DNA from: an uncultured Pseudobdellovibrionaceae bacterium
GTDB lineage: Bacteria > Bdellovibrionota_B > Oligoflexia > Oligoflexales > Bog-1112
DNA length: 64,000 nt
Direction: 5' to 3'
Assembly: GCA_964611335.1 (NCBI GenBank)
Contig: CAZSXR010000002.1
Coordinates: 134,354-198,353, forward strand
The stretch's first letter is position 1, and each line of letters starts with the position of its first letter. Made by a program: the position numbers and the translations under genes. Of this stretch, positions 1 to 9,168 are shown piece by piece. Below the pieces are notes generated by a model, which was not told the origin of the DNA, ran no database searches, and saw nothing but the letters and a program-made list of their open reading frames with translations.

Positions 1-135
1 GAGTTGGGTTTACATAACGGATTTTCTAAGGTTAGGGTTCGAACTATTGAAAGAATGGTAAGAACATCTCCCATATATAACTTGGAAGTCGAAGAAGATA
101 ATTCTTATGTTTGCCAAGGACTTGTTGTTCACAAT
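1..135 (+). other. C-terminal segment of an intein (Hint fold blocks F/G), ending ...VVHN with +1 Cys at 136-138
   Basis: SPIYNLEVEEDNSYVCQGLVVHN|C is the canonical intein C-terminal splicing signature: a beta-strand pair, then penultimate His, terminal Asn and +1 Cys. It is followed directly by deaminase active-site motifs. Confidence 0.8.
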
Positions 136-369
136 TGCCTACATTCGGAAGAAAATGCAGTGATCAACTGTGATTCTCCTCGTTCTATGCCTAAAATTGT
201 TTTTGTAACGCATAGACCTTGTGTGAGCTGCGCGAAAAGACTGATCAATCTTGGAAATGTTCGTAAAGTTTATTATGCGAAAGAATACAGGTCGACTGAG
301 TCTAAAGATCTTTTCGCTTTGGTGGGGATTGATCTGGAACAAATAGAGCTGAGAGATCAGGTTCAGTAA
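1..369 (+). CDS. dCMP/cytidine-family deaminase, 3' part. The gene is interrupted by an intein whose C-terminal end lies in the window. The 5' end is upstream of the window.
   Basis: Frame 1 is open from base 1. After the junction the extein reads C-LHSEENAV ... PCVSCAKRLINLG, matching the H[AS]E..NA and PCxxC zinc-ligand motifs of the cytidine/dCMP deaminase fold. Stop TAA at 367-369. Confidence 0.8.
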   Translation, partial: ELGLHNGFSKVRVRTIERMVRTSPIYNLEVEEDNSYVCQGLVVHNCLHSEENAVINCDSPRSMPKIVFVTHRPCVSCAKRLINLGNVRKVYYAKEYRSTESKDLFALVGIDLEQIELRDQVQ

Positions 370-383
370 GGTGGCACCAATCT

Positions 384-866
384 CTATTTCGACATGTTTA
401 GTTCAGTCACAGAACCGAGATCTTTGATGCCTGAAACTTTCTTCTTATGAAGCTCATCAATACCAACGAAGTTAGAAGTATCTTGTTGAAGCATTTTGAT
501 CTGACCGTTGAATTTTGCACCTTGCTGAATGGTGAGAGAAGGCGTTTCTAAGTCTCCATCAAAGACAGCACTTTCACTTAATTCAATTTTCGAACTTACA
601 ACGAATGTACCCGTGCATTTTCCATGAAGGATGACGTCTTCTGCTTTGACATCCGCTTCGATAACCGCACTTTCTTCCAATATCAATGTACCTTCTGAAA
701 TAATCTCCCCTTCAATTCTTCCGCCAATGCGACTGGAACCTTTGCAATACAATTTTCCATTGAAATGACATCCTGATGTCAAAATTGTAACTGCAGATTC
801 ATCGGAAATGCTTCGGCGTATAGAGTTGAGAGTTCCTGCTCGTTTATTTTTACTAAAAAACATCAT
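384..866 (-). CDS. bactofilin-family polymer-forming cytoskeletal protein
   Basis: Repetitive beta-helix-like pattern (G.L.C.GS.RIGGRIEGEI.SEG.L.L.ES..IEADVKAEDV.L.G...G) typical of bactofilin/DUF583. The first ATG pair at 866/863 is preferred over the TTG-extended ORF start at 941. Confidence 0.8.
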   Translation of the reverse strand: MMFFSKNKRAGTLNSIRRSISDESAVTILTSGCHFNGKLYCKGSSRIGGRIEGEIISEGTLILEESAVIEADVKAEDVILHGKCTGTFVVSSKIELSESAVFDGDLETPSLTIQQGAKFNGQIKMLQQDTSNFVGIDELHKKKVSGIKDLGSVTELNMSK

Positions 867-926
867 ATTAAACCTCTTCCTGACAAGGGTATCCTTAAAA
901 CCATTATACCACAAAGAACATAGACG

Positions 927-966
927 CAAAAAAAGCCACATTTCGATAAGAAATGTGGCTTTTTTG
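927..966. terminator. bidirectional rho-independent terminator downstream of rpsI
   Basis: Perfect 9-bp stem GCCACATTT (935-943) / AAATGTGGC (951-959) with a 7-nt loop, flanked by an A-run (927-934) and a T-run (960-965). Confidence 0.8.
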
Positions 967-985
967 TTTTGCTTCTAAAACAGTT

Positions 986-1387
986 CTAACGTTTAGAGAA
1001 CTGGAAGCGCTTACGAGCACCAGGCTGACCTGGAAGTTTACGCTCTTTCTTACGAGCATCGCGTGTCAAGAGACCCGCTCTTTTCAAAATCTTGTGATGT
1101 GCTTCATCAAGCTTGGAGAGCGCTCTTGCAATCGCATGGCGAATTGCACCAGCTTGTCCTGAAAGACCTCCGCCTAACACGTTAATGTTGGCGTCATACT
1201 TACCTACGTTGTTTGTCAACTCAAATGGCTGCATAACGAGAACGCGGGATGTTGGTCTAATCAAATAAGCATCAACATTGCGACCGTTGATCGTAATTTT
1301 ACCATCGCCCTTTTTCAAGTTGAGACGCGCAACCGCAGTTTTGCGTTTGCCAATTGTACTTTGTATATATTTGGTAGCCATAAGCAT
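986..1387 (-). CDS. rpsI: 30S ribosomal protein S9
   Basis: Translation carries S9 hallmarks (GGGLSGQAGAIRHAIARAL ... RKKERKLPGQPGARKRFQFSKR). Confidence 0.97.
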   Translation of the reverse strand: MLMATKYIQSTIGKRKTAVARLNLKKGDGKITINGRNVDAYLIRPTSRVLVMQPFELTNNVGKYDANINVLGGGLSGQAGAIRHAIARALSKLDEAHHKILKRAGLLTRDARKKERKLPGQPGARKRFQFSKR

Positions 1388-1833
1388 TAAACTCCGTTTG
1401 CTATTCTCGGTTGTAGTGGGGTCGCTTTCTGAGCGCTATGAGGATGGTTGGCATCCTTGTAAACTTTCAGCTTTCTTAAGAAACGCTTACGCAATTTGTT
1501 CTTTGGAAGCATCCCCAAAACAGCAAAACGGATAAGACGGTCTGGGTAGGTCTTTTTCATTTCTTGCGCTGAAGTTGTCTTCAACCCGCCTGGGAATTGG
1601 CTATGATTGTAGTATTCTTTTTGGTTCCATTTATCGCCAGTCATCTCGATTTTATCTGCGTTTGTAACGATAACGAAATCGCCGCAGTCCATATAAGGGA
1701 CAAAATACGGCTTGTGTTTCCCGCGCAACACATCTGCAACCTGTGACGCCAAACGGCCTAATGTTTTTCCAGCGGCGTCTACGACTATCCAGTCTCTCTT
1801 AACGCTTGCCGGACTGATACTTGTGGTCCTCAT
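1387..1833 (-). CDS. rplM: 50S ribosomal protein L13
   Basis: MRTTSISPASVKRDWIVVDAAGKTLGRLASQVADVLRGKHKP... is classic L13. It abuts rpsI as in the conserved rplM-rpsI operon. The ATG at 1833 is preferred to the ORF start at 1851. Confidence 0.96.
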   Translation of the reverse strand: MRTTSISPASVKRDWIVVDAAGKTLGRLASQVADVLRGKHKPYFVPYMDCGDFVIVTNADKIEMTGDKWNQKEYYNHSQFPGGLKTTSAQEMKKTYPDRLIRFAVLGMLPKNKLRKRFLRKLKVYKDANHPHSAQKATPLQPRIANGV

Positions 1834-1957
1834 CCATGCTCTCCAAAACAATCGAGTTGTTGCACAACTCTAATATCTATACTGGCCATTTTCCAGCATT
1901 TTTCCCTATTTCATACGGTCTAGGAACGGCGAAATATATCCTGAACTCCAGGTAAAA

Positions 1958-3127
1958 TCAACACTTGTCTTGTACTTCGAGCCTTGGAATTTTCTTCCAT
2001 CCTGAATAGGAAACGAGGTCACCATAATACACTTGGTGGTAAATTGCCAAGATCTTACGCACTACACGTTCCCAAGTAAATTTTTTCACTCGCTCATAAC
2101 CCTTCCGAATGAGGGTCTCTCTCAAGATAGGATTATTCAAAAGCTGATACATAGCTTCCGTCAGCTCCCTCGCATCATAAGCATCGACGGTCAACGCCGC
2201 ATCCCCTACGACTTCGGGCAAAGAAGAGCTGTGAGAGGTCACAACAGGAGTTCCGCTTGCCATAGCCTCAAGGGGTGGAAATCCGAAGCCCTCATATAAA
2301 CTTGGGTACACTACGAACTTTGCCTCTCTGTAGTAGTTCCTCAAATTTTCTTCATCTACAAATCCTGCGAGAATGATGTCTTCCTTGAACTCAAGAATGC
2401 TCAATGAAAATTCAGCAAAAAGAGGACTCTCTCCTCCAATGAGTATGAGTTGTGTTTTAATTTCAGGATTTTTCTTTCGGAGTATTCCGTAGGCTTCTAC
2501 GAGAAGTTTGATATTTTTTCGGGGCTCTAAGGAACCAACATAAAGAATGTAATCTTTGCGTGGCCTGTCGATTGGATCTAAACTTTCTTTCTGCATAAAG
2601 AAATCATCAACAGCCCAATACACTAAAGAGATGTTGTCCAAACCTACTTTGCAATATTGCAATAAGTCATTTCGTGAATTGTTGCTGTTTGTAACAACAC
2701 GTGTTGCTTTTTTTACAATGCGTGGGATGACAAAGCGATACCAATTACGGAAAGCGACACTGTACCATTGTGGGTTTACAATAAAGCAAAGATCATGAAC
2801 GTGAACAATAGATTTACCTTTGTAAAACAAAGGAGCCATATTCGCAGGAGAGTGAAGAATATCGACTTTATACTGTCTTGCAAGTCGAGGAAGAACAAAC
2901 TGTTCCCAAAGTACATTGCGAAAAGTGTCTCCTGTCCTAAGATTAGACATCACAATTTTAACATTTGGATAATTCCATTCCTGCTGCTTCAATTCGCTCT
3001 GACCTGCAAAAAGAATGTATTCGTTCTCTCTATCGAAACGAAGAAGCGTAAGAACCATGTTCATTGCAGCACGTTGAACACCGGTTTGTTTGGTCATGAG
3101 AAAACGTCCGTTTATACCGATTCTCAT
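1958..3127 (-). CDS. GT-B fold glycosyltransferase (family 4-like)
   Basis: C-terminal EGFGFPPLEAMASGTPVVTSHSSSLPEVVGDAA is the GT4/GT1 E-x7-E region. Start MRIGINGRFL at 3127. Confidence 0.85.
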   Translation of the reverse strand: MRIGINGRFLMTKQTGVQRAAMNMVLTLLRFDRENEYILFAGQSELKQQEWNYPNVKIVMSNLRTGDTFRNVLWEQFVLPRLARQYKVDILHSPANMAPLFYKGKSIVHVHDLCFIVNPQWYSVAFRNWYRFVIPRIVKKATRVVTNSNNSRNDLLQYCKVGLDNISLVYWAVDDFFMQKESLDPIDRPRKDYILYVGSLEPRKNIKLLVEAYGILRKKNPEIKTQLILIGGESPLFAEFSLSILEFKEDIILAGFVDEENLRNYYREAKFVVYPSLYEGFGFPPLEAMASGTPVVTSHSSSLPEVVGDAALTVDAYDARELTEAMYQLLNNPILRETLIRKGYERVKKFTWERVVRKILAIYHQVYYGDLVSYSGWKKIPRLEVQDKC

Positions 3128-3131
3128 GCAT

Positions 3132-4229
3132 TTACTCGACACAGGAATTGTATAAAGCAAGAGTCTTCTCTGCCATGCCAGACCATGTAAATTTTTTGGA
3201 ATGTTCTATTCCTCTTTCACGAAGAGGGTTGTCTTTTGATCCTAGATTCAACATGAGGTCTCTTAAAACACCTCCGAAATTTTCTATATCTGTAGGATCT
3301 ACAAAGATTGCATTTTCTCCTACCACTTCTGGAAGACTTGAAGAACGGCTTACAACTACAGGAGCACCGCATGCAAGAGCTTCCAAGGGAGGAAGTCCGA
3401 AGCCTTCGTATCCCGACGGATATACAAAAAGTTTACATAAAGAATAAACAGCAGGCAGATGTTCTTCTTCTATAAAGCGGATAAAGTAGATCTGATGTTT
3501 TTTCCCATGGGTTTCCGCAAGAGTGATTAAGCTATTATCCGCGGGCCCTACAAGAACCAGAGGGTTTTCTAAATCCGATTGCACATAGGCACTGACCAGT
3601 TGGAAAACATTTTTATGAGGTTTGTTATTGGACAAGCAAAAAATAAAGGAATCAGGAAGTTCATACAATTCCTGAACGTATTCTAGAAAGCCAGGATCTT
3701 CCACTGGCTTGTAATGCTCAGACACACCGTTATAGGTTACGAAAATTTTATTTCTTTGAACCCCTAGGTACTTCACCATTTCATTTTTTGAAAATTCAGA
3801 AACTGTAAGCACACATTCACTTCTGCGCATCGCATAACGCACAAGTGTTTTGTAATAAAACTGATGCATGAATGTATAGTATTGAGGAAGCATAATATGG
3901 TTTAAATCATGAATGGTCATAATCATCTTCGATGGACAAAGAAAGGGTGCAACGAAAGAAGGAGAATGGAAGAGGTCTATACGAAGTTTTCTCAAAAGTC
4001 TAGGGATTGCCCACTGCTCTCGAAAACTAATCCACCTCGCATTCGTAGGAATCAATGTGATGTGATCTGGCCATTTAAGTTGAAAGAGCGGGCTGTTTTC
4101 AAAAACTATTAGAAAAAATTGATGTTCTGTTTTCATTGTTGACAAACAGCTTATCAATTCAAAGACATAACGGGCGATTCCATGCATGGAGCGCGGTTGA
4201 ATCATGCGACCATCGATGGCAACTCTCAT
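3132..4229 (-). CDS. GT-B fold glycosyltransferase (family 4-like), tandem paralogue of the downstream gene
   Basis: EGFGLPPLEALACGAPVVVSRSSSLPEVVGENA. Start MRVAIDGRMI at 4229. A 4-nt gap separates it from the next GT gene. Confidence 0.85.
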   Translation of the reverse strand: MRVAIDGRMIQPRSMHGIARYVFELISCLSTMKTEHQFFLIVFENSPLFQLKWPDHITLIPTNARWISFREQWAIPRLLRKLRIDLFHSPSFVAPFLCPSKMIMTIHDLNHIMLPQYYTFMHQFYYKTLVRYAMRRSECVLTVSEFSKNEMVKYLGVQRNKIFVTYNGVSEHYKPVEDPGFLEYVQELYELPDSFIFCLSNNKPHKNVFQLVSAYVQSDLENPLVLVGPADNSLITLAETHGKKHQIYFIRFIEEEHLPAVYSLCKLFVYPSGYEGFGLPPLEALACGAPVVVSRSSSLPEVVGENAIFVDPTDIENFGGVLRDLMLNLGSKDNPLRERGIEHSKKFTWSGMAEKTLALYNSCVE

Positions 4230-4236
4230 TGATTTG

Positions 4237-4893
4237 TTAAAATGCCCAACCAATTTCTAATCCTATTTGAAAAGATTTCGCCAATGTCTGTTCTAAATAA
4301 GTTTTGTCATGTGCACCAAATGCCCTACGAGTGTGTTGATCTGAAGAAATCTCTGTGATTTGACTTAGAAAATATTTGGCGCCCACAAAGGTGCCTATTA
4401 GAAAGCCGATATCTTTGCCCACAAATCTGTAGCCTGCGCGAGCTCGCATTGTAGGTCCTCGCGCTTTTGCGAAATAACGTTCTTCGGTGGGGGTTTTTTG
4501 TTTGGTCCAATCAATGTCTTCAGCGCGATATCCAAGACCCATTGCGTAATTGAATCCGCTCATATGAAGCGAGTCGCTATATTGAGCAAACATGAGACCC
4601 AATTCTCTCCCCTTCGTAAGCAGCGAAGCACCCTGGCTATTACGGATCTGAGAACGCGTGAGTTCTTCTTTTTGCCCCTCAGAGCCCACCCACTGAGTCC
4701 AATCCAGCGCAATGCTTTCTCTATTGAAAAAATTGTACTCTACTCGAAGGACTCCTTCTCTTCCAAGAGTGAGTGCTGGCAGTGTAATTGCAAAGGTCTT
4801 TTCTTCTGCAAATGCTGCATTGCTAAAAAAAGATGCACACACAAGAGTGAAACTTGTATTACGGATTTTTGAACGCCTTAGATTTAAGCACAT
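4237..4893 (-). CDS. small secreted protein, probable outer-membrane beta-barrel
   Basis: N-terminal signal-like segment (...FFSNAAFA|EE), alternating hydrophobic pattern and a C-terminal aromatic residue (...IGLEIGWAF). No family recognised. Confidence 0.5.
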   Translation of the reverse strand: MCLNLRRSKIRNTSFTLVCASFFSNAAFAEEKTFAITLPALTLGREGVLRVEYNFFNRESIALDWTQWVGSEGQKEELTRSQIRNSQGASLLTKGRELGLMFAQYSDSLHMSGFNYAMGLGYRAEDIDWTKQKTPTEERYFAKARGPTMRARAGYRFVGKDIGFLIGTFVGAKYFLSQITEISSDQHTRRAFGAHDKTYLEQTLAKSFQIGLEIGWAF

Positions 4894-4984
4894 AGCTAGC
4901 CTTCCCTGTATAAAAAGGACCTTGCTAGACTATTATATCACTCGTGGTTTTTTCCCGAACTCTTCCACTTCACGAAAGGTTTTT

Positions 4985-5884
4985 ATGAACGAAACAAAAT
5001 CTCAACGAGGCGAATGGAAAATCAAAACACTAGAGATTCCCCATAGCATCAAAATCCGTTATGGAATTTATTCGCGAGAAGAAGAGATAGAACAGTACAT
5101 CCTCTTTCTCAATGGTCATGGTGAATTTATTGAAAAGTATGATTACTTGCCTGACGATTTAGAACTTCCACCCCATTATGCGTTTCTTACTTGGGATCAC
5201 CGAGGGCAAGGCGCTTCGGGTGGTGAACCTCGTTTGCATATTGAAAACTATGAAGAGATGGCAAAAGATGCACAGTTTGTCGTGAAAACCCTCGTTGGAA
5301 ATAAACCTTACAAAGTGATCGCACATTCTATGGGAGGGCTCATCGCTTTGTATTCCACAATGAAAGGTTATCTAGCACCCGAGAGATTGATTATGAGTGC
5401 GCCTTTGTTTGGAATACAACATCCGATTCCTGAAGTTGTCGGGAAGGGGCTCGCAAATCTTGCGACACAAGTCGGAATAGGAAAGTGGTATTTTCAAAAA
5501 CACCTCCAGAGTAAAATTAAATTTGAAAATAATATTTTTACTCATTCTTTAGAACGTTTTGAAAAACGTTTTAAAAGTCCTTACATGATTGAAGGCATTA
5601 CTTTCGGTTGGATCAAAGCTACTTTCGATGCCATTGATTATGTAACAGACACAAAACATCTAAAATCTTTTAAAACTCCTACTAAAATTCTTTACGGTGA
5701 TGACGAACGTCTTGTGGATATAAACGCGATTGAAGAATGGGTGAAAAAAGCTAAAAAAGTGAGTTCTGCAAAAATTACCTGTGAGAAAATCAATAAAACA
5801 CGTCATGAAATTTTTGCGGAAGCCCCACCAGCTTACACTCAAGTTTTGGATAGAACTCGCAATTTTGTTTTTTCCCCTTCATAA
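4985..5884 (+). CDS. alpha/beta hydrolase (lysophospholipase / monoacylglycerol-lipase-like)
   Basis: Nucleophile elbow AHSMGG and an oxyanion region FLNGHGE. The ATG at 4985 avoids the overlap that the ORF-track start (4712) makes with the opposite-strand gene. Confidence 0.8.
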   Translation: MNETKSQRGEWKIKTLEIPHSIKIRYGIYSREEEIEQYILFLNGHGEFIEKYDYLPDDLELPPHYAFLTWDHRGQGASGGEPRLHIENYEEMAKDAQFVVKTLVGNKPYKVIAHSMGGLIALYSTMKGYLAPERLIMSAPLFGIQHPIPEVVGKGLANLATQVGIGKWYFQKHLQSKIKFENNIFTHSLERFEKRFKSPYMIEGITFGWIKATFDAIDYVTDTKHLKSFKTPTKILYGDDERLVDINAIEEWVKKAKKVSSAKITCEKINKTRHEIFAEAPPAYTQVLDRTRNFVFSPS

Positions 5885-5940
5885 AATTCCTCTCTTTCCG
5901 ATAGTCCTTGAGTCGGTTTTAAAAACTTAAGGATATCGTT

Positions 5941-7833
5941 ATGCTTAGTCTAAAAAAATTGCATGCAAAGCAAATTCTCCTTCTTTCATTCCTAATTTTA
6001 GGGTCTTGCAAAAAGTCTTCACACGAAGGTGGAAGTTCGAATGCGGCATTAGTGGGAACTTCCGCTCAAAAGCAAACCCAAACTTCAAGCCTTTATGCAA
6101 CCGGTATTGCATTGGGAGTTGCAGACTTTGTAGTGCTTAGAGATTGTGATGCTTCAAACAAATGCACCAACGATATTCTGACCTCTCAGGATGACCTGAT
6201 CGGGGACACCGAGATGATGAGTATTTCTATAAAAGGAGCAAACGATCCTGGTTCTATGCAAGTGATTGCATGTGAACAGAAAGCAAAGTTTCAACCGAGT
6301 CATGTAACGATCCCTCCTTCTGGAGTTACACAAATCACCACGGATGTGACACTTCAGAACACAGTTTATACATGCTTGTTGCAGAAGTATCCGAAGAGCC
6401 GTTTACTAAGTGGTTCTGAAAGTTCACAGTCCACTGCTTTAGCTCTTGCAGAAAATGTATCTACGAATTCGAAAACAAGTTCCCGTTTGAGTTCTACTCA
6501 AACAGCTCTCATCGGAGCTGCTGCAGGTTGGGCTGTTGGGTCTTTTGCTGTTATGGCAATGTATGCTGTTCCTACGACAGTAGATATTATGAATTATCGA
6601 AATATTTTGAATAAAATAACAGGAACACCTCCTACTGGAGGACGCACTTACGATAAAATTTTCATGACTGATTTTGATGGAACCCTAGGAATGGGAGATT
6701 TTGAGCCTCATAAGTATGGAAGTGTTGATGTTCTCAATGAACATGTCAATACACTCGGTCAAAAAGGACACTTAAATCAAAGTGAATGGGAAGATTTTTG
6801 TAAACGTAAGATAGGTGGAACACAAGGAATGAAGGAGTTTAAGAAAAAATTTGCAGTCGATGGCTATATTACTGTCGATGGAGAAAAAATCTCTGTTGAT
6901 AAAATTACAGCTACTCAAATTGTTGAAGCTGGACTGATTCCTGAGCTTCAACAATTAAAGGGATATAGTAAAAATAACTTGCCTAACTTTCAATTCCTCG
7001 CAGCGAATGGACATATGGTGATCCACGATGGCCACTATTACAACGCTCCAACGTGGTTGGAAGGAGCAACTGAAAGCCTTCGCGGACACATCGACGCAGG
7101 TCACCTTGTAATGTTTAACTCCACAAACCCTCGTCCTGAAGTAGCTTCTCTTATCGAAGCAAGTTTAGCGCAAAAAATCGGTGAAAACAAAGCGCCCCGT
7201 TACGAAGCAGGAAAAAGGGGAAGCAGTACACTTACTCGTTGGGAGAATGTTTTTATCGGAACAGCAGCTGCAATTGGTGTTCACCCTACGGAGAATGCCA
7301 TTGTCGGAGGGACCTCGGTTATTGCGAATGGTGACAAAACTGCTATTGCCCAAAAGATGCTTAAAGATGCCTATGAAGCGAGAGCAAGACTCTCAGAGAA
7401 CCCTCGAATGATTTGTCTCGACGACAAGCCCGACAAAGATCCTAAGTTCGATGCATTTGCGGAAGATATTCGTGCTAGAAATGTAGTGATCAGATCGAGA
7501 GCTGTTTCTGTAATAGACTCAAACAGCAAGGTTACTAACACGGATCATATAGCAGCATCCAATAGTAGTGCTTTTGAAGAAGCTAAATTTCAAGGAATAA
7601 CACCAGGACATAGCTATGTAATAGAAGACGCTTCGATAATAAGAACAAACTCCAATACACCATTTCACGACAGTACATTGGGATCCAAAAAATATTCTTC
7701 CCCCTTCAAAGGCGCGCTTCCGAAAGGAGTTCTCCCCTCGCATTTAGCAAAAGGTGGATTCGGAGCTGCGCTTTTGGGAGGAGTGCTCGCAGGTGTTGGA
7801 GCGGCAGTCGGGTCCTCCTTCGGTCATGAGTAA
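5941..7833 (+). CDS. 630-aa lipoprotein of unknown function with a HAD-like DxDGT motif and Gly/Ala-rich hydrophobic segments
   Basis: Lipobox LILGSC, internal hydrophobic ALIGAAAGWAVGSFAVMAMYAV, FMTDFDGTLG (HAD motif I-like), and C-terminal GGFGAALLGGVLAGVGAAVGSSFG. Confidence 0.6.
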   Translation: MLSLKKLHAKQILLLSFLILGSCKKSSHEGGSSNAALVGTSAQKQTQTSSLYATGIALGVADFVVLRDCDASNKCTNDILTSQDDLIGDTEMMSISIKGANDPGSMQVIACEQKAKFQPSHVTIPPSGVTQITTDVTLQNTVYTCLLQKYPKSRLLSGSESSQSTALALAENVSTNSKTSSRLSSTQTALIGAAAGWAVGSFAVMAMYAVPTTVDIMNYRNILNKITGTPPTGGRTYDKIFMTDFDGTLGMGDFEPHKYGSVDVLNEHVNTLGQKGHLNQSEWEDFCKRKIGGTQGMKEFKKKFAVDGYITVDGEKISVDKITATQIVEAGLIPELQQLKGYSKNNLPNFQFLAANGHMVIHDGHYYNAPTWLEGATESLRGHIDAGHLVMFNSTNPRPEVASLIEASLAQKIGENKAPRYEAGKRGSSTLTRWENVFIGTAAAIGVHPTENAIVGGTSVIANGDKTAIAQKMLKDAYEARARLSENPRMICLDDKPDKDPKFDAFAEDIRARNVVIRSRAVSVIDSNSKVTNTDHIAASNSSAFEEAKFQGITPGHSYVIEDASIIRTNSNTPFHDSTLGSKKYSSPFKGALPKGVLPSHLAKGGFGAALLGGVLAGVGAAVGSSFGHE

Positions 7834-7895
7834 ACAACAGGACTTTTTTCCTCCTCTACGCTACAACAAATCCCATACACACCGAGAGGACGTCC

Positions 7896-8939
7896 TTGGA
7901 ATACTGCAAGCATTGGCGAGAGCTTCGCCACGACATTAAATCCCGCGCCTATCCCCTTCTAGATTTAAGAAGTCCGAAGGAATTTGAATTGGGGCATATC
8001 CCCAATGCATTCAACCTCCCCTTACTCAACAATGAAGAACGCCACCAAGTTGGCAAGCTCTACAAAGAAGCAGGCAAGTCAGAAGCTGTTGCGCGGGGTC
8101 TTGAAATCTTTGCAGCGAAAGCTTCGAACTTTCTTGCGGAGATTGAAAAACTGGCACCGAACAAAAAACTAGCTGTGCATTGTTGGCGTGGAGGTATGCG
8201 TTCTTATCTTGTGGGTTATTGGTTGAGCCTTGCAGGTTTTGAAGTACGCATACTGAAGGGCGGATATAAAAGTTTTCGCAAAGATGTTCTTGAGGGGATA
8301 GACCGTCTCGCACAGCATCCGAAAATAGTGCTCAACGGAAGAACAGGAAGCGGCAAAACTCTTTTCATAGAAGATCTCATCAAACGCGGTTGTGCTGCCA
8401 TCAATCTCGAAGCTTTGGCACATCATCGCGGTTCTACTTTTGGAGGACTCGCACAGAAAGAAAAATCTCCCACTCAGCAAAATTTTGAAAACCAACTTTA
8501 CGATGTCTATTTGGATTTTGAAAAAGCTCCACGCATACTTTTAGAAATTGAAAACTTCATAGGTCCCGTGTGTGTTCCTCAACATATCCGAGAGTCGCTA
8601 CAATCCTCTCCGATGATTTTTATCTCGCGTAATTTCGAAGACAGAGTTGCGATTCTTGAAAAAACCTACTGTGAAGAGTGGAGCGCGGAAGCGGAAGCAG
8701 AATTTACATGCAATATTGTTTTGCTTAGAAAATATCTTTCGCAGGAAGAAGAAATAAAAATCGTTCAAGCCATCCAACGAAAAGACTTCAGCTACGCAAT
8801 TTCCCAACTTCTTACACTGCGTTATGACAAGGTTTATGATAAAAGTTTGAGGCGGCACCAGCAACAGGCACTCGCACACTTCAATCTTTCGAGTGAAGAG
8901 GACGCTGCTAAAGACTTTGTGCAGAAAGCACTGACATAG
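7896..8939 (+). CDS. selU: tRNA 2-selenouridine synthase
   Basis: Rhodanese active-site loop HCWRGGMRS followed by P-loop GRTGSGKT, and overall collinearity with E. coli SelU/YbbB as I remember it. TTG start at 7896. Confidence 0.9.
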   Translation: MEYCKHWRELRHDIKSRAYPLLDLRSPKEFELGHIPNAFNLPLLNNEERHQVGKLYKEAGKSEAVARGLEIFAAKASNFLAEIEKLAPNKKLAVHCWRGGMRSYLVGYWLSLAGFEVRILKGGYKSFRKDVLEGIDRLAQHPKIVLNGRTGSGKTLFIEDLIKRGCAAINLEALAHHRGSTFGGLAQKEKSPTQQNFENQLYDVYLDFEKAPRILLEIENFIGPVCVPQHIRESLQSSPMIFISRNFEDRVAILEKTYCEEWSAEAEAEFTCNIVLLRKYLSQEEEIKIVQAIQRKDFSYAISQLLTLRYDKVYDKSLRRHQQQALAHFNLSSEEDAAKDFVQKALT

Positions 8940-9168
8940 GAAAGTTCTTCCTAAGGTGAAAGTGAGAACTTCAAAGAGGGTGGGAAAACTTTCCTAGTCA
9001 GTCTCCTAAATACTCGAGAAAGTAGGTGCTGGGACTTTTCTGCCGAGACTGCTCTTGAGAACAGTCTCTATTAGTAGGACCATTTAAGAGGAAAGACAGC
9101 TGTAACCGCCACTACGTTTATGAATCCTTAGAAGGAATTAAGGATACAGAATAGGCAAAGGAAGAGCG

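Noticed and set aside
8940-9168. Assigning the structured sucB leader to a known RNA family (SRP RNA, 6S, tmRNA or a riboswitch)
   Set aside because: I could not find the conserved core motifs of any of these families by eye. Only generic hairpins are supportable.
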